NCBI GenBank assembly: GCA_002269645.1
Contig: NIVC01001936.1
Location: 151,194-215,193 of the forward strand
Reading direction: 5' to 3'
Length of the DNA stretch: 64,000 nucleotides
DNA from: Macrostomum lignano
Lineage: Eukaryota
Shown here: positions 19,099 to 29,715 of the stretch, in pieces
Numbering within the stretch: position 1 is the stretch's first letter
How the letters are laid out: each line of letters starts with the position of its first letter
Program-made: the position numbers and the translations under genes
The notes under the pieces: model-generated
Databases searched by the model: none
What the model saw: only the letters and a program-made list of their open reading frames with translations
Told to the model about the DNA's origin: nothing

Positions 19099-20928
19099 TC
19101 ACCAGGGAAAATCGTCCTCAGACCAGCCACCGTTCAGCTCAACGCTCTGCTCGAAGGCAGCCCGAAGGTCTTCAGCTTCGTCAGCGCAGGAGCGCCACCG
19201 GAGGCTCAGGCGGGTCAGCAGCGGGCAGCCGCTGGCGATGCTGGCCAGCGAGGCGGCCGTCAGCTGACTGCTGAGCTCAGACGACAAAAGCAGCCGCCGA
19301 AGTCGCCTGGCAACCGGACTGGCGCACAGGTCGGCCACCGCACCATCGGTGAGGCTGGAATAGGCGCACTGGTGAGCCTGGAGCTCGTGCAGGTCGGGTG
19401 AGGAGGCGGCGAGGCCCTGCAGGTCTCGGAGGTTCGCCCAGGCCTGGCGGGTCAGGCGGCTGCAGTCGAAGAAGCGAAGGCAGCGCAGGCGGGGCAGCCG
19501 GGAGAGCAGAGCCGGCAGCAGGTGGTCATCGCTGCACGCTTGGAGAGCGAGGTGGGTCATGCCTGCAGTGGGGAGTGAGGTGGGTCAGGCCTGCAGTGGG
19601 GAGTGAGGTGGGTCAGGCCTGCAGTGGGGAGTGAGGTGGGTCATGCCTGCAGTGGGGAGTGAGGTGGGTCAGGCCTGTAGAGGGGAGTGAGGTGGGTCAG
19701 GCCTGTAGAGGGGTGTTAGGTCGGTAACGCTAGCAGAGATGGGAATGTGAGCAATAAGAGCAACACCTGCAAAAAGAGTGAGCATCCTAATGACTCACCT
19801 GAGCAGCCTGACAGCGGATCTGTCTGCCGCAGGATCCAATCGGTGTCAAAGGCGGACCCGGTGAGCTGCAGACGCCGCAGGCTCAGAGGCAGCGGGCCGC
19901 TCAGCTCGGCCTCATCATCCGCTCCCAGCTGCTCCAGAAAGTGCAGCCGAAGGTCCGCCAGGTCGCCGGGCAGGCAGCGGACGATGCGGCGGAAGTCCTC
20001 GCCGAGTATGCCGGACGAGACGGTGCTGAAGCTGCTGAGTGCCGGGAGGCTGGGCAGCAGCTCCAGCAACATCTCGGGGACTCGGACTCGACCGCCAGGC
20101 GGGCCGCCGCCGATGCTGAGCCGCCGCAGGCTGGGGAACGGCGGGAAGTTCAGCATGGCGGCTTCATCCTGGCTGCTGAGCGTCTCAACATGCAGGTCGG
20201 TCAGGTTCCGGGCGCTGCTGAACACCGTCTGCAGCTCTGGGTGCAGGTGGGCGGAGAGGTGCGGGGCTCGCGAGCTGAGACCCTCAGGATCGGCAGGCTG
20301 GGGACTCACCAGGAAGGCTGAGCTGGTAAACAGACAGGCTGAGCAGCAGAGGGCATTCAGGCAGCTCGCTGATGAGTTCCGCAGCTTCATCAAGAGAGAT
20401 GCTGAGGCTGCTGAGGCGGCCAATAAGATCAAAGAGCAGCCAGCGAAAGTCTGGGTCCTGCCAGTCGCTGAGGACCCCCTTGTCGCTGAATTCCAGCAGC
20501 GAGAGGCGCGGGCAGCCGGACAGCAGGCTGCTCAGCGAGGCGGCCGACAGCGAATTCTGGCAGTCGGTGAGGCGCAGCTCCAGCAGGCCGAGGCAGCTGC
20601 GGCCCGCCTCCGTCACTGCAGCGTCGCCGCGCACCTCCCGCAGGCTGAGGCAGGTGAGGCTGGCGGATGCGGCCAACAGCAGTGGCAGCCGCTGCTCGGC
20701 TGTCAGCCCGCAGGCCGAGATCTCCCGCACGCTGCCGCCCAGCCAGTCTCTGAGCCGCTCCATCAGCTCGGCATCTGCGGTGCGGCCGTCAATGCGGATT
20801 TCGCGCCACAGCCGCGGCTGCGTGGCGAGCCGCCGCCAGCGCCTGCTCAGCTGAGCGCACCGGCCGAGGCTGGTCTGGTCCAGCTCGGACAGGATCTGCG
20901 TGAGCAGCTCCTCTGGCAGCTGCTCCAG
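19099..20928 (-). CDS. F-box/LRR gene B (5'-most exon or start not identified)
   Basis: Exons 20928-20310, 20236-19799 and 19562-19099, GT-AG, phases 1/1, open throughout. Confidence 0.82.
19551..19715. repeat. 28-bp minisatellite containing six tandem 3' splice sites
   Basis: Minus-strand pyrimidine-rich ...CTGCAG|G or ...CTACAG|G repeated at 19561, 19589, 19617, 19645, 19673 and 19701. Confidence 0.9.
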
Positions 20929-21370
20929 CTGTAAGAAAGAAAACAGAATATTTGAAGAAACAGGCAGAAGCAACCGCCTCCTGTTTGCAAGAAGCAACAA
21001 AATTGAACAATGATGTAAAACTGCAGCAAAACTGCCCAGCATACGGTGCAGGCATCAACACTGGGTCATCGAGAAAATGCATTTATTTTAACTTGACTGT
21101 TTGGTGGTTTTACAGGCTAACCACAACTGGCTTACAGGTAAACAGGATAACATGTGACTTAAAGTAAGCATCAGATGTTAGGGAATGAGTCGGTAATACA
21201 TATAGGAGTATTATAGGAGTACTATATGATAGGACATGAGAACTTTGAGCAGTTCTCATGTCCTATCATATAGGACATGAGAACTGCTCAAAGGCGCAAC
21301 AGCGCATTTTTGAGGAACTAGTCTCTCGACTAGGAATATAGTTAGCTTCTTTGGACAAACCCACTGAGTA

Positions 21371-21600
21371 GGGGGGCCGTAGCCCAGCGGTAGTGCAGCT
21401 GCTCTGGTGTGCCAGCGACCCAGGCTCGATTCCAAGTGCAGTAACTAACATTAATTTGGGACTGAATTGGAATCTCGGCTTGGCTCTGCTCGTGCAATTA
21501 ACGGCCTTGAGAGCCAACCCCCCCCCAAGGCGCAGTGAAGTGTACATGCCTAACGATAATATAAAGTTAGGGCCGCTGTACACTCCTGTGTGAGTGTGTG
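21371..21600 (+). mobile_element. tRNA-derived SINE-like element
   Basis: A-box-like TAGCCCAGCGG (21380-21390) and B-box-like GGCTCGATTCC (21423-21433) at tRNA spacing, with no CCA or clean acceptor stem. The 3' boundary is approximate. Confidence 0.55.
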
Positions 21601-21686
21601 CCTGCGTACGTTTCCGCGCGCTTGTATGCCTGCTCAGGGGAGTCGGCGGAATGGGGAGTAATGCCTTTTGCCGGTTGTGTGCCTAA

Positions 21687-23572
21687 CTGTGGCGCACAAT
21701 GAATTGAGACCACCAAGTAGAATTATTTTCTTTTTGGCATAGTGGTTGATAAACAAAATTTTTAAGTACTAAATTTGAAGTAAAACTTGTAAGAATATTA
21801 CTTTATGTTCTTTGTATAGTATTTTGGTTCACTTTCCAGCAGTTCTTAGTTCATCAAAAAGCTCATATTTGAATGGGAAGTACAGCTTTAGGTTTAACAT
21901 TGAAATAAGACCATATACGAGCGTATAAATATTAGGGAAATTAGTAAGACAAATGCCACTGATATTAAACTAACTACTCTAATACTTTGTGACATGTCCT
22001 TTGACCTAATCACAGAATTGCACCGCCTAGGCATGCTGTCCATCAGCTTCTGGCACACTTCTGCCGCGATGGCAGCCCACGAGTCCTCAATGATACGGTA
22101 CAGCTGATCAAGGGAAGCTGGCTGCTGCCTCTGGATGTCCCGCTTGACCTAGTTCCACCAATTCTCAATCGGATTGAGGTCTGGTAACTGCGCTGGCCAG
22201 TCCATGGTGTGGATTTTGCTTTCAGCAAGTTATGCCTTCACGTCCTTGGAGGTGTGCTTTGGATAGTTGTCCTGCTGAAACTGCCAGCTGTTCACTGTAC
22301 CCAGTGGCAGCACATCGACTGCCTCCGGTAGGTGGCTGCTGAGGATGTCACGGTACTTCGGACTGTTCATGATGCCCTCAATGCGAGTTATTGACCTAGG
22401 TCCAGCTCTGGAGAGTGCAGCCCACACCATGTGACATTGCCACCATGGTACCAACGGTGCACCTGGGATCGAATTTCTCGCCGGCTCGGTGGCGCACATG
22501 CCGGCAGCCATCAGAACTAGTGCGGGAAAAATTGCTCTCGTCACTCTAGATGGTCTTGGCCCAGTCCTGGGGTGTCCAGCTTGCATGCTGCTTTGTCCAG
22601 TTCAAGCGCCGCTTCCGGTTTTTGTCGGAGATAAATGGCTTCTTCCTAGCGATGCGGCCATGCAGTCCGGCAGCTACCAGACGGTGGCGGACAGTCATGG
22701 GTGCCAGTGGTGCAGCTGGACACCACTGGACACCTGAAGCTGACGGCTGATGTCCACAGCGGTGAGCCGAGGGTTGGACTCGGACATTCGCTCACTTCTT
22801 CGATCCACTCGGTGGTCAGTTTTCGGTGCCCCGCCAGGTCTTGGGGCACAGCTTGCGCTGCCAGTGCTGCTGAGGCGCTTGCTAGACACACGTTATCGAC
22901 TTTCCCAGCTGCGTGGCTTTGGCACGTTGAGAAACCCTTGGTCGAACAGAGCCTTGATTTTCCTACACGACTCATGCGATAGAACTCCGCCTTCCCCATT
23001 CTATACAGGAGTTCAAGATCATTTTGTCCAAGGACTTCTAGACTAATAGGACGTAAAACTGAAAGATCGTGCAATTTTTGGAGGCCACGATTTCCTGGAC
23101 AAAAATACTGCGAAGATAGGAAAAAATCAGTTTTTCGTCACAAAATCAGTGATTGTATTTGATCTGGGGCAGTGAAGACTACCATTCTTTTGATTTAACA
23201 TGCACAACATGTTATTCTATTATCTTTGAATTTTATGTCCTGTTAGTCTAGAAGTCCTTGACTTTGTCTTGGAGTAGCAGTGAATTAGATGTTTTGAACT
23301 TGCAGAATCAGCAGGGCCACTTTTATAGCACCCTTTAGCCCAATTATTTAAGTGGTCTTATTACTGTGTGACTTGCAATATTAGAAAGTGAGACAAGGGA
23401 CTCCAAATAAGCACACTCAATCGCGATTAATGACTCAACACACACTGATCTTATTGATTAATACCGCGGTTATGTATAACTGATTAGATTAAATGCTCTC
23501 GCAATCTGCGAAGGTTATGGAATTAAAAGTTCAAATTTGTGTTAAGTGGTCTTAATTCATTGTGCACCACTG
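21687..23572 (-). mobile_element. Tc1-like DNA transposon, defective
   Basis: 27-bp TIRs 21687-21713 and 23546-23572 (3 mismatches) with TA at the right end. Transposase relic about 23000-22000 reads I*SDES, FQQDN and DLNPIEN (DD34E), with stops and frameshifts. Confidence 0.9.
23029..23260. mobile_element. MITE-like insertion nested in the Tc1 element
   Basis: About 30-bp inverted ends CAAGGACTTCTAGACTAATAGGACGTAAAA / TTTTATGTCCTGTTAGTCTAGAAGTCCTTG. Confidence 0.65.
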
Positions 23573-23671
23573 TATGTCGTTTTAAGTGCGCCAGGGTGCA
23601 CACAACCCCCCTGCCTCTAATACTCGTAAAAAACCCCCCACTGAGTTGAACATTTTCCTTCTCTGAATGAG

Positions 23672-24491
23672 AGATGCAGAGATGAAGGGAGGCAGTTGCA
23701 GAGCTGAAGGGAGGCAGTTGCAGAGCTGACGGGAGGCAGTTGCAGAGCTGAAGGGAGGCTGTTGCATAGCTGACGGGAGGCAGTTGCAGAGCTGACGGGA
23801 GGCAGTTGCAGAGCTGACGGGAGGCAGTTGCAGAGCTGAAGGGAGACAGTTGCATAGCTGAAAGTAGGCAGTTGCAGAGATGAAAGGAGACAGCTGCAGA
23901 GCTGAGGGGAGGGGAGGCAGTTGCAGAGCTTAAGGGAGAAAGTTGCAGAGCTGAAGGGAGTCAGTTGCAGAGCTGAAGGGAGACAGTTGCATAGCTGACG
24001 GGAGGCAGTTGCAGAGCTGAAGGGAGACAGTTGCAGAGCTGAAGGGAGGCAGTTGCATAGCTGAAAGTAGGCAGTTGCAGAGATGAAAGGAGACAGCTGC
24101 AGAGCTGAGGGGAGGGGAGGCAGTTGCAGAGCTTAAGGGAGAAAGTTGCAGAGCTGAAGGGAGGCAGTTGCAGAGCTGAAGGGAGACAGTTGCAGAGCTG
24201 AAGTGAGGCAGTTGCAGAGCTGACGGGAGGCAGTTGCAGAGCTGAAGGGAGACAGTTGCAGAGCTGAAGGGAGGCAGTTGCATAGCTGAAAGTAGGCACT
24301 TGCAGAGATGAAAGGAGACAGCTGCAGAGCTGAGGGGAGGGGAGGCAGTTGCAGAGCTGAAGGGAGGCAGTTGCAGAGCTGAAGGGAGGCAGTTGCAGAG
24401 CTGAAGGGAGACAGTTGCAGAGCTGAAGGGAGGCAGTTGCAGAGATGAAGGGGAGACAGTTGCAGAGCTGAAGGGAGGCAGTTGCAGAGCT
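23672..24491. repeat. 22-bp minisatellite (GCAGAGCTGAAGGGAGGCAGTT)n at the 3' end of gene C
   Basis: Tandem periodicity with an interspersed longer variant block. Confidence 0.92.
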
Positions 24492-27087
24492 GGGAGTTGC
24501 TACGAAAGCAGTCAAGTCGATGCTCAGCTCGAAGGCCGTCTCGATGCGCTCATCGCGGGGGACTCGCCTGAAGCCCTTCAGCTCGAGCTCGGAGAGCCAC
24601 GGACAGCCGCTGGCGATGTTGGCGAGGGCGACGGCAGTCAGCTGGCTGCAGTCGGACAGGTGGAGCCGCCGCAGGCCTCTGGCGACCGGACTGGCGCTTA
24701 GGTCGGCCACCGCCTCATCAGTGAGGCTGTAGCCAGTACAACCGAGGGCCCGCAACTCCATCAGATCGAGTGGCCAGACTGCGAGGCTTCGCAGATTCGC
24801 CCAGGCCTGGCGGGTCAGGATGCTGCAGTTGTTGATGCAGAGGCAGCGCAGGTGGGGCAGCCGGGAGAGCAGAGCCGGCAGCAGGTCGTCGGTGACCGCC
24901 TCCAGCTCAACATGGGTCAACTCTGCAGTTGAATGAAATTTATAGCAGCAGTCTGAGCATCTGGGAGAGCAGCCGTCTGAGCATCTGGGAGAGCAGCAGT
25001 CTGAGCATCTGGGAGAGCAGCAGTCTGAGCATCTGGGAGAGCAGCAGTCTGAGCATCTGGGAGAGCAGTAGTCTGAGTATCTGGGAGAGCGGCAGTCTGA
25101 GCATCTGGGAGAGCAGCAGTGTGAGCATCTGGGAGAGCAGCAGTCTGAGCATCTGGGAGAGCAGCAGTCTGAGCATCTGGAAGAGCAGCAGTGCGAGCAT
25201 CTGGGAGAGCAGCAGTCTGAGCATCTGGGAGAGCAGTCAGCAGTCTGAGAATCTGGGAGAGCAGCAGTCTGAGCATCTGGGAGAGCAGCAGTCTGAGCAT
25301 CTGGGAGAGCAGCAGTGTGAGCATCTGGGAGAGCAGCAGTCTGAGCATCTGGGAGAGCAGCAGTCTGAGCATCTGGGAGAGCAGCAGTCTGAGTATCAAT
25401 CCAGGTATCTAGCAAAGGAGCGGCAAGGTGAGCGGGACTCACCTGGACAGCCACTCAGAGTGTCAGACAACTGTAAGTCCCATGGCGCATCAAAGAACGA
25501 CCCCGTGAGCTGCAACCGCTGAAGCCCCGGTGGCAGCGGACCGCCCAGCTCAGCTCCGAAGGAGCACTGATTGTCGTGAATCTCCACTCGAAGGTCCGCA
25601 AGGCCGGCAGGCAGGCAGCGGAGGATCTGGCGGAGTTGCTCATCTGAGTCTCGGTAAATCCCTAAATCGAGGCTCTCAAGCGAGGGCAGGCTGGGCAGCA
25701 GCCACAATACTACCTTCGTATTCCCGTTACGAAAGCTCAGGTGTCTCAGGCCGGGCACGGGCGCAGGGTGGCTATCGGGCCTGAGATCGAAGAATCCGTC
25801 CCAATCAGTCACTCGCAGCTCCGTCAGGTTCGGCGCGATGCTCAGCACGCGGGGCAACTCTGGAAGGCGGCAAGTTCAGCGAGGGCATTCAACGAAGGAC
25901 CGCCGGCAGTCAAGCAGAAGCAGTTCAATAATTCTAAGGAAATTTATTTAAACCCAACTGTTGCTTGAAAATGCATCAACGGGCTTCAACTGTTTCCAAT
26001 TTATCAGCTCAAAACTTGATATTTTTTACCGCCTGAGCTTCCGAAGATGAAGTGAAGCCAGTGTGGCTCGGGTCCCCAATGGTTTCAGAAGTCCATCGGC
26101 CTGGATTCAGAATAAGCACTGATACAGAGGAGTGGCAGCGCAAAGTCCTGCAATTGCCGTTCTTACAATCTTTTTAGTTGTCTTAAAAACTGATTTTCCA
26201 GACGAGTGACTCTAAAGGCGGGGCGGCCCGTGCTGTGAGAATGGGAATTCATCAGCGCTAATGCAAATTTAAGCAGCACCGGGGCATCAAGCAGTTTCCC
26301 ATGCACGGGTGCCAAGCGCACAATTAAATAAGCCAAGTGGAAGGGGAAGGCACTGACGGTTGGCTGACATCACCATCGACAACACGGAGAGCCGGGGACA
26401 CTCTGACAGATCAGCAAGGAGCTCCGAAGACTCGTATTCATCGATGAACGGCAGGTACAGCGTCGAGAGGCGGCCGACAAGCTCAGCGAACAGGCCGAGC
26501 ATCTCACGATCTAACTGCAAGCTACACTCGTCAGAATTAAATATGTCAGGGCATTGAAATTCCAGCAGCGAGAGGCGCGGGCAGCCGGACAGTAGGCAGC
26601 TCAGCGAGGAGGCCGACAGCGCACTGCTGCAGCTGCAAAGGCGAAGCTCCTGCAGGTTGTGACAGAAGCAGGCAGCCACGGTCAAGGCAGCGTCTCCTTT
26701 AGCGTACCACAGGCTGAGGCAGGTGAGACTGGCGGATGCGGCCAGAAGCAGCGGCAGCCGAGGGAGGAAGGAGGCCGAGATCTCCTGCACGCTGTTGCCC
26801 AGCCAGTCTCTGAGCCGCTCCATCAGCTCAGCTTCGACGGCGTCTCCATCAATGCAGATTTTGCGCCACAGCCGCGGCTGCGTGGCGAGCCGCCGCCAGC
26901 GCCTGCTCAGCTGAGCGCACCGGCCGAGGCTGGTCTGGTCCAGCTCGGACAGAATCTGCATGAGCAGCTCTTCTGGCAGCTGCTCCAAGTGAAACGGAGA
27001 ACTGCCGGGTTCGAATTTTCCAGCCGCCTCCATTCGCAGACGTTTCCGGACCGGAGCCTCCAGATCGAAGCTCACAGAATGAGTCAT
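23961..27087 (-). CDS. F-box/LRR gene C, 3 exons, C-terminus reading into the 22-bp array
   Basis: Exons 27087-26358, 25859-25443 and 24922-23961, phases 1/1. The ATG is preceded by TTTACAG. The stop seen in paralog G is out of frame here. Confidence 0.8.
24944..25395. repeat. 24-bp intronic minisatellite, about 19 copies
   Basis: Same unit as in genes A and G. Confidence 0.92.
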
Positions 27088-27489
27088 CTGTAAAGCCGCA
27101 AAGTGCCAAAGGCAATCAGTCATTGAAGCATTTGTCTACAAAGTGCTCTGCATTTTAAAATGCAAAATTATCAATTCATTTGCAAGTGTAGGATCTGCTA
27201 GAATTATATCCACAGCGCACAGCGATATATTTAATATCTGCAAAAACTGCAATTTAGTGATTTCATTCAGAGCTCCGAAAACTGGAGGCAAAGAGAGACA
27301 AAAGTCAAATGACTGAAAATAAAAACTATACTTTATATAACTGTTATTCTCCCCCCCCCCCTGGTGCTCGCTTCACTGCGCATCAACATGCAAAACTCCT
27401 CGGCTTGCGGGCCTTCGTGGTGGAGACGACTGCTCTGACTACCTGCCGCCTGGTTGCTTTGGAGTCACGCAACGAAATTATTAGCCTGT

Positions 27490-27695
27490 AATCTGTATAT
27501 TTATCTAGTGTCTGCCTGCCTGTCTCTCTGCCTGCCCGTCTGTCTGTCTGTCTCCCTGTCTGCCCGTCTGTCTGTCTGTCTGTCTGCCTCCCTGCCTGCC
27601 TGTCTGTCTGTCTATCTGTCTGTGTATCTGTCTGTGTGCCTGTCTGTCTGTCTGTGTGTCTGTCGTCTGTTTGTCTGTCTGTCTCTGTCTGTGTA

Positions 27696-27743
<48 letters not shown>

Positions 27744-28120
27744 CTGTCTGTCTGTCAGTCTGTCAGCATGTCTGTCTGCTATCTACTGCATCTATCTAAT
27801 GAAATTTACAGAGGCCACAGTCATGCTGTGTGACTTATTACTGTATATTTATCTAGTGTCTGCCTGCCTGCCCGTCTGTCTGTCTGTCTCCCTGCCTGCC
27901 CGTCTGTCTGTCTGTCTGCCTCCCTGCCTGCCCGTCTGTCTGTCTATCTGTCTGTGTATCTGTCTGTGTGCCTGTCTGTCTTTCTGTCTCTGTCTGTGTA
28001 TCTGTCTGTTTGTCTGTCTGTCTGTCTGTTTGCTGTCTGTCTGTCTGTCAGTCTGTCAGCATGTCTGTCTGCTATCTACTGCATCTATCTAATGAAATTT
28101 ACAGAGGCCACAGTCATGCT
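27490..28120. repeat. (CTGT)n-rich microsatellite block, itself duplicated at about 350-bp period
   Basis: CTGTATATTTATCTAGTGTCTGCCTGCC and ATCTAATGAAATTTACAGAGGCCACAGTCATGC each occur twice. Confidence 0.85.
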
Positions 28121-28149
28121 TGCTGGTCTACTTCGCTGCACACCGAAGT

Positions 28150-29260
28150 TCATTCAAAAGCGAGCAGCCAAGGCCGCAGCCAGCACGCGGACAAGTCGAT
28201 GCTCCTCAGCTCGAAGGCCGCCTTGAAGTGGTGTAGCGTCAGTTCAGCAAACCGCAGGCAGCCGTCGGCGATGCTGGCCAGGAAGGCGGCGGTCAGCTGC
28301 CCGGCGTGGCCGCACTCGGCCGCCGCAGGCCCATAGCATAGCAACCGGACTGGCGCAGCTCCGAGACTCTGCAGGTCAGCTAGGGGAGCTCCGAGACTCT
28401 GCAGGCCAGCTAGGGGAGCTCCGAGACTCTGCAGGTCAGCTAGGGGAGCTCCGAGACTCTGCAGGCCAGCTAGGGGAGCTCCGAGACTCTGCAGGTCAGC
28501 TAGGGGAGCTCCGAGACTCTGCAGGCCAGCTAGGGGAGCTCCGAGACTCTGCAGGTCAGCTAGGGGAGCTCCGAGACTCTGCAGGTCAGCTAGGGGAGCT
28601 CCGAGACTCTGCAGGTCAGCTAGGGGAGCTCCGAGACTCTGCAGGTCAGCTAGGGGAGCTCCGAGACTGCAGGTCAGCTAGGGGAGCTCCGAGACTCTGC
28701 AGGTCAGCTAGGGGAGCTCCGAGACTCTGCAGGTCAGCTAGGGGAGCTCCGAGACTCTGCAGGTCAGCTAGGGGAGCTCCGAGACTCTGCAGGTCAGCTA
28801 GGGGAGCTCCGAGACTCTGCAGGTCAGCTAGGGGAGCTCCGAGACTGCAGGTCAGCTAGGGGAGCTCCGAGACTCTGCAGGTCAGCTAGGGGAGCTCCGA
28901 GACTGCAGGTCAGCTAGGGGAGCTCCGAGACTCTGCAGGTCAGCTAGGGGAGCTCCGAGACTCTGCAGGCCAGCTAGGGGAGCTCCGAGACTCTGCAGGT
29001 CAGCTAGGGGAGCTCCGAGACTCTGCAGGTCAGCTAGGGGAGCTCCGAGACTCTGCAGGTCAGCTAGGGGAGCTCCGAGACTCTGCAGGTCAGCTAGGGG
29101 AGCTCCGAGACTCTGCAGGTCAGCTAGGGGAGCTCCGAGACTCTGCAGGTCAGCTAGGGGTGCTCCGAGACTGCAGGTCAGCTAGGGGAGCTCCGAGACT
29201 CTGGAGATCAACAGGCAGCGCAGGTTTGGCAGCCGAGCGAACAGAGTCGGCAGCACTCTG
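28150..29260 (-). pseudogene. Degenerate F-box/LRR terminal exon (D) split by a 30-bp expansion
   Basis: VLPTLFARLPNLRCLLI upstream and [14 protein letters not shown]...FKAAFE downstream of the array. Confidence 0.7.
28357..29203. repeat. 30-bp minisatellite (GCAGGTCAGCTAGGGGAGCTCCGAGACTCT)n, about 28 copies
   Basis: Tandem periodicity; four units have a 2-bp deletion. Confidence 0.95.
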
Positions 29261-29294
29261 TGCTGTTGTTTAGACTATAGTGAAATTGGTCCAT

Positions 29295-29715
29295 TGTGTG
29301 ATAGTTGAGGAATTAGCAACTAAATTCAGCCATTCTATTAACACTGTCCACTTGATTGATCCTCTATAATAATCTTGGCCTGATGGCCTGACTAAGCAGC
29401 AATGGTTTTTCATTGGGATAACGAGCCTATTTATTCAATAGGAAACATGAGGAGTTTTCTGAAGAGATATTTAATCCATGTACTTTCTTATCTGCCATAC
29501 TTGCCAGATCTGGCTTCTGCAGACTTCTGCCTCTCCTAAAGTAAAAAGAGCTATCAGGCACCTAGTCTAGCTTGCTAGAAACTCAATAAAAAAATGAGTC
29601 ACAATAGGTTATGAGAAGTCTCCCAGCAGAAGCCTTTGTCTTGGCTTTCAGAAAGTTGATAGATCCTTGCAAAAATTGCATCAAAATTGGAGGGGACTAT
29701 GTTGAAAAAGTATAA
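29295..29715 (+). mobile_element. Old, internally deleted mariner transposase relic
   Basis: Fragments HWDNEP, PDLASADFCL and KNCIKIGGDYVEKV* match mariner motifs in the expected order. Confidence 0.65.

Noticed and set aside
19747-20934. 395-aa plus-strand ORF and similar ORFs opposite the F-box genes
   Set aside because: Shadow frames of GC-rich coding exons on the minus strand.
21371-21445. Functional tRNA gene
   Set aside because: A and B boxes are present but there is no consistent cloverleaf or acceptor stem; treated as a SINE head.
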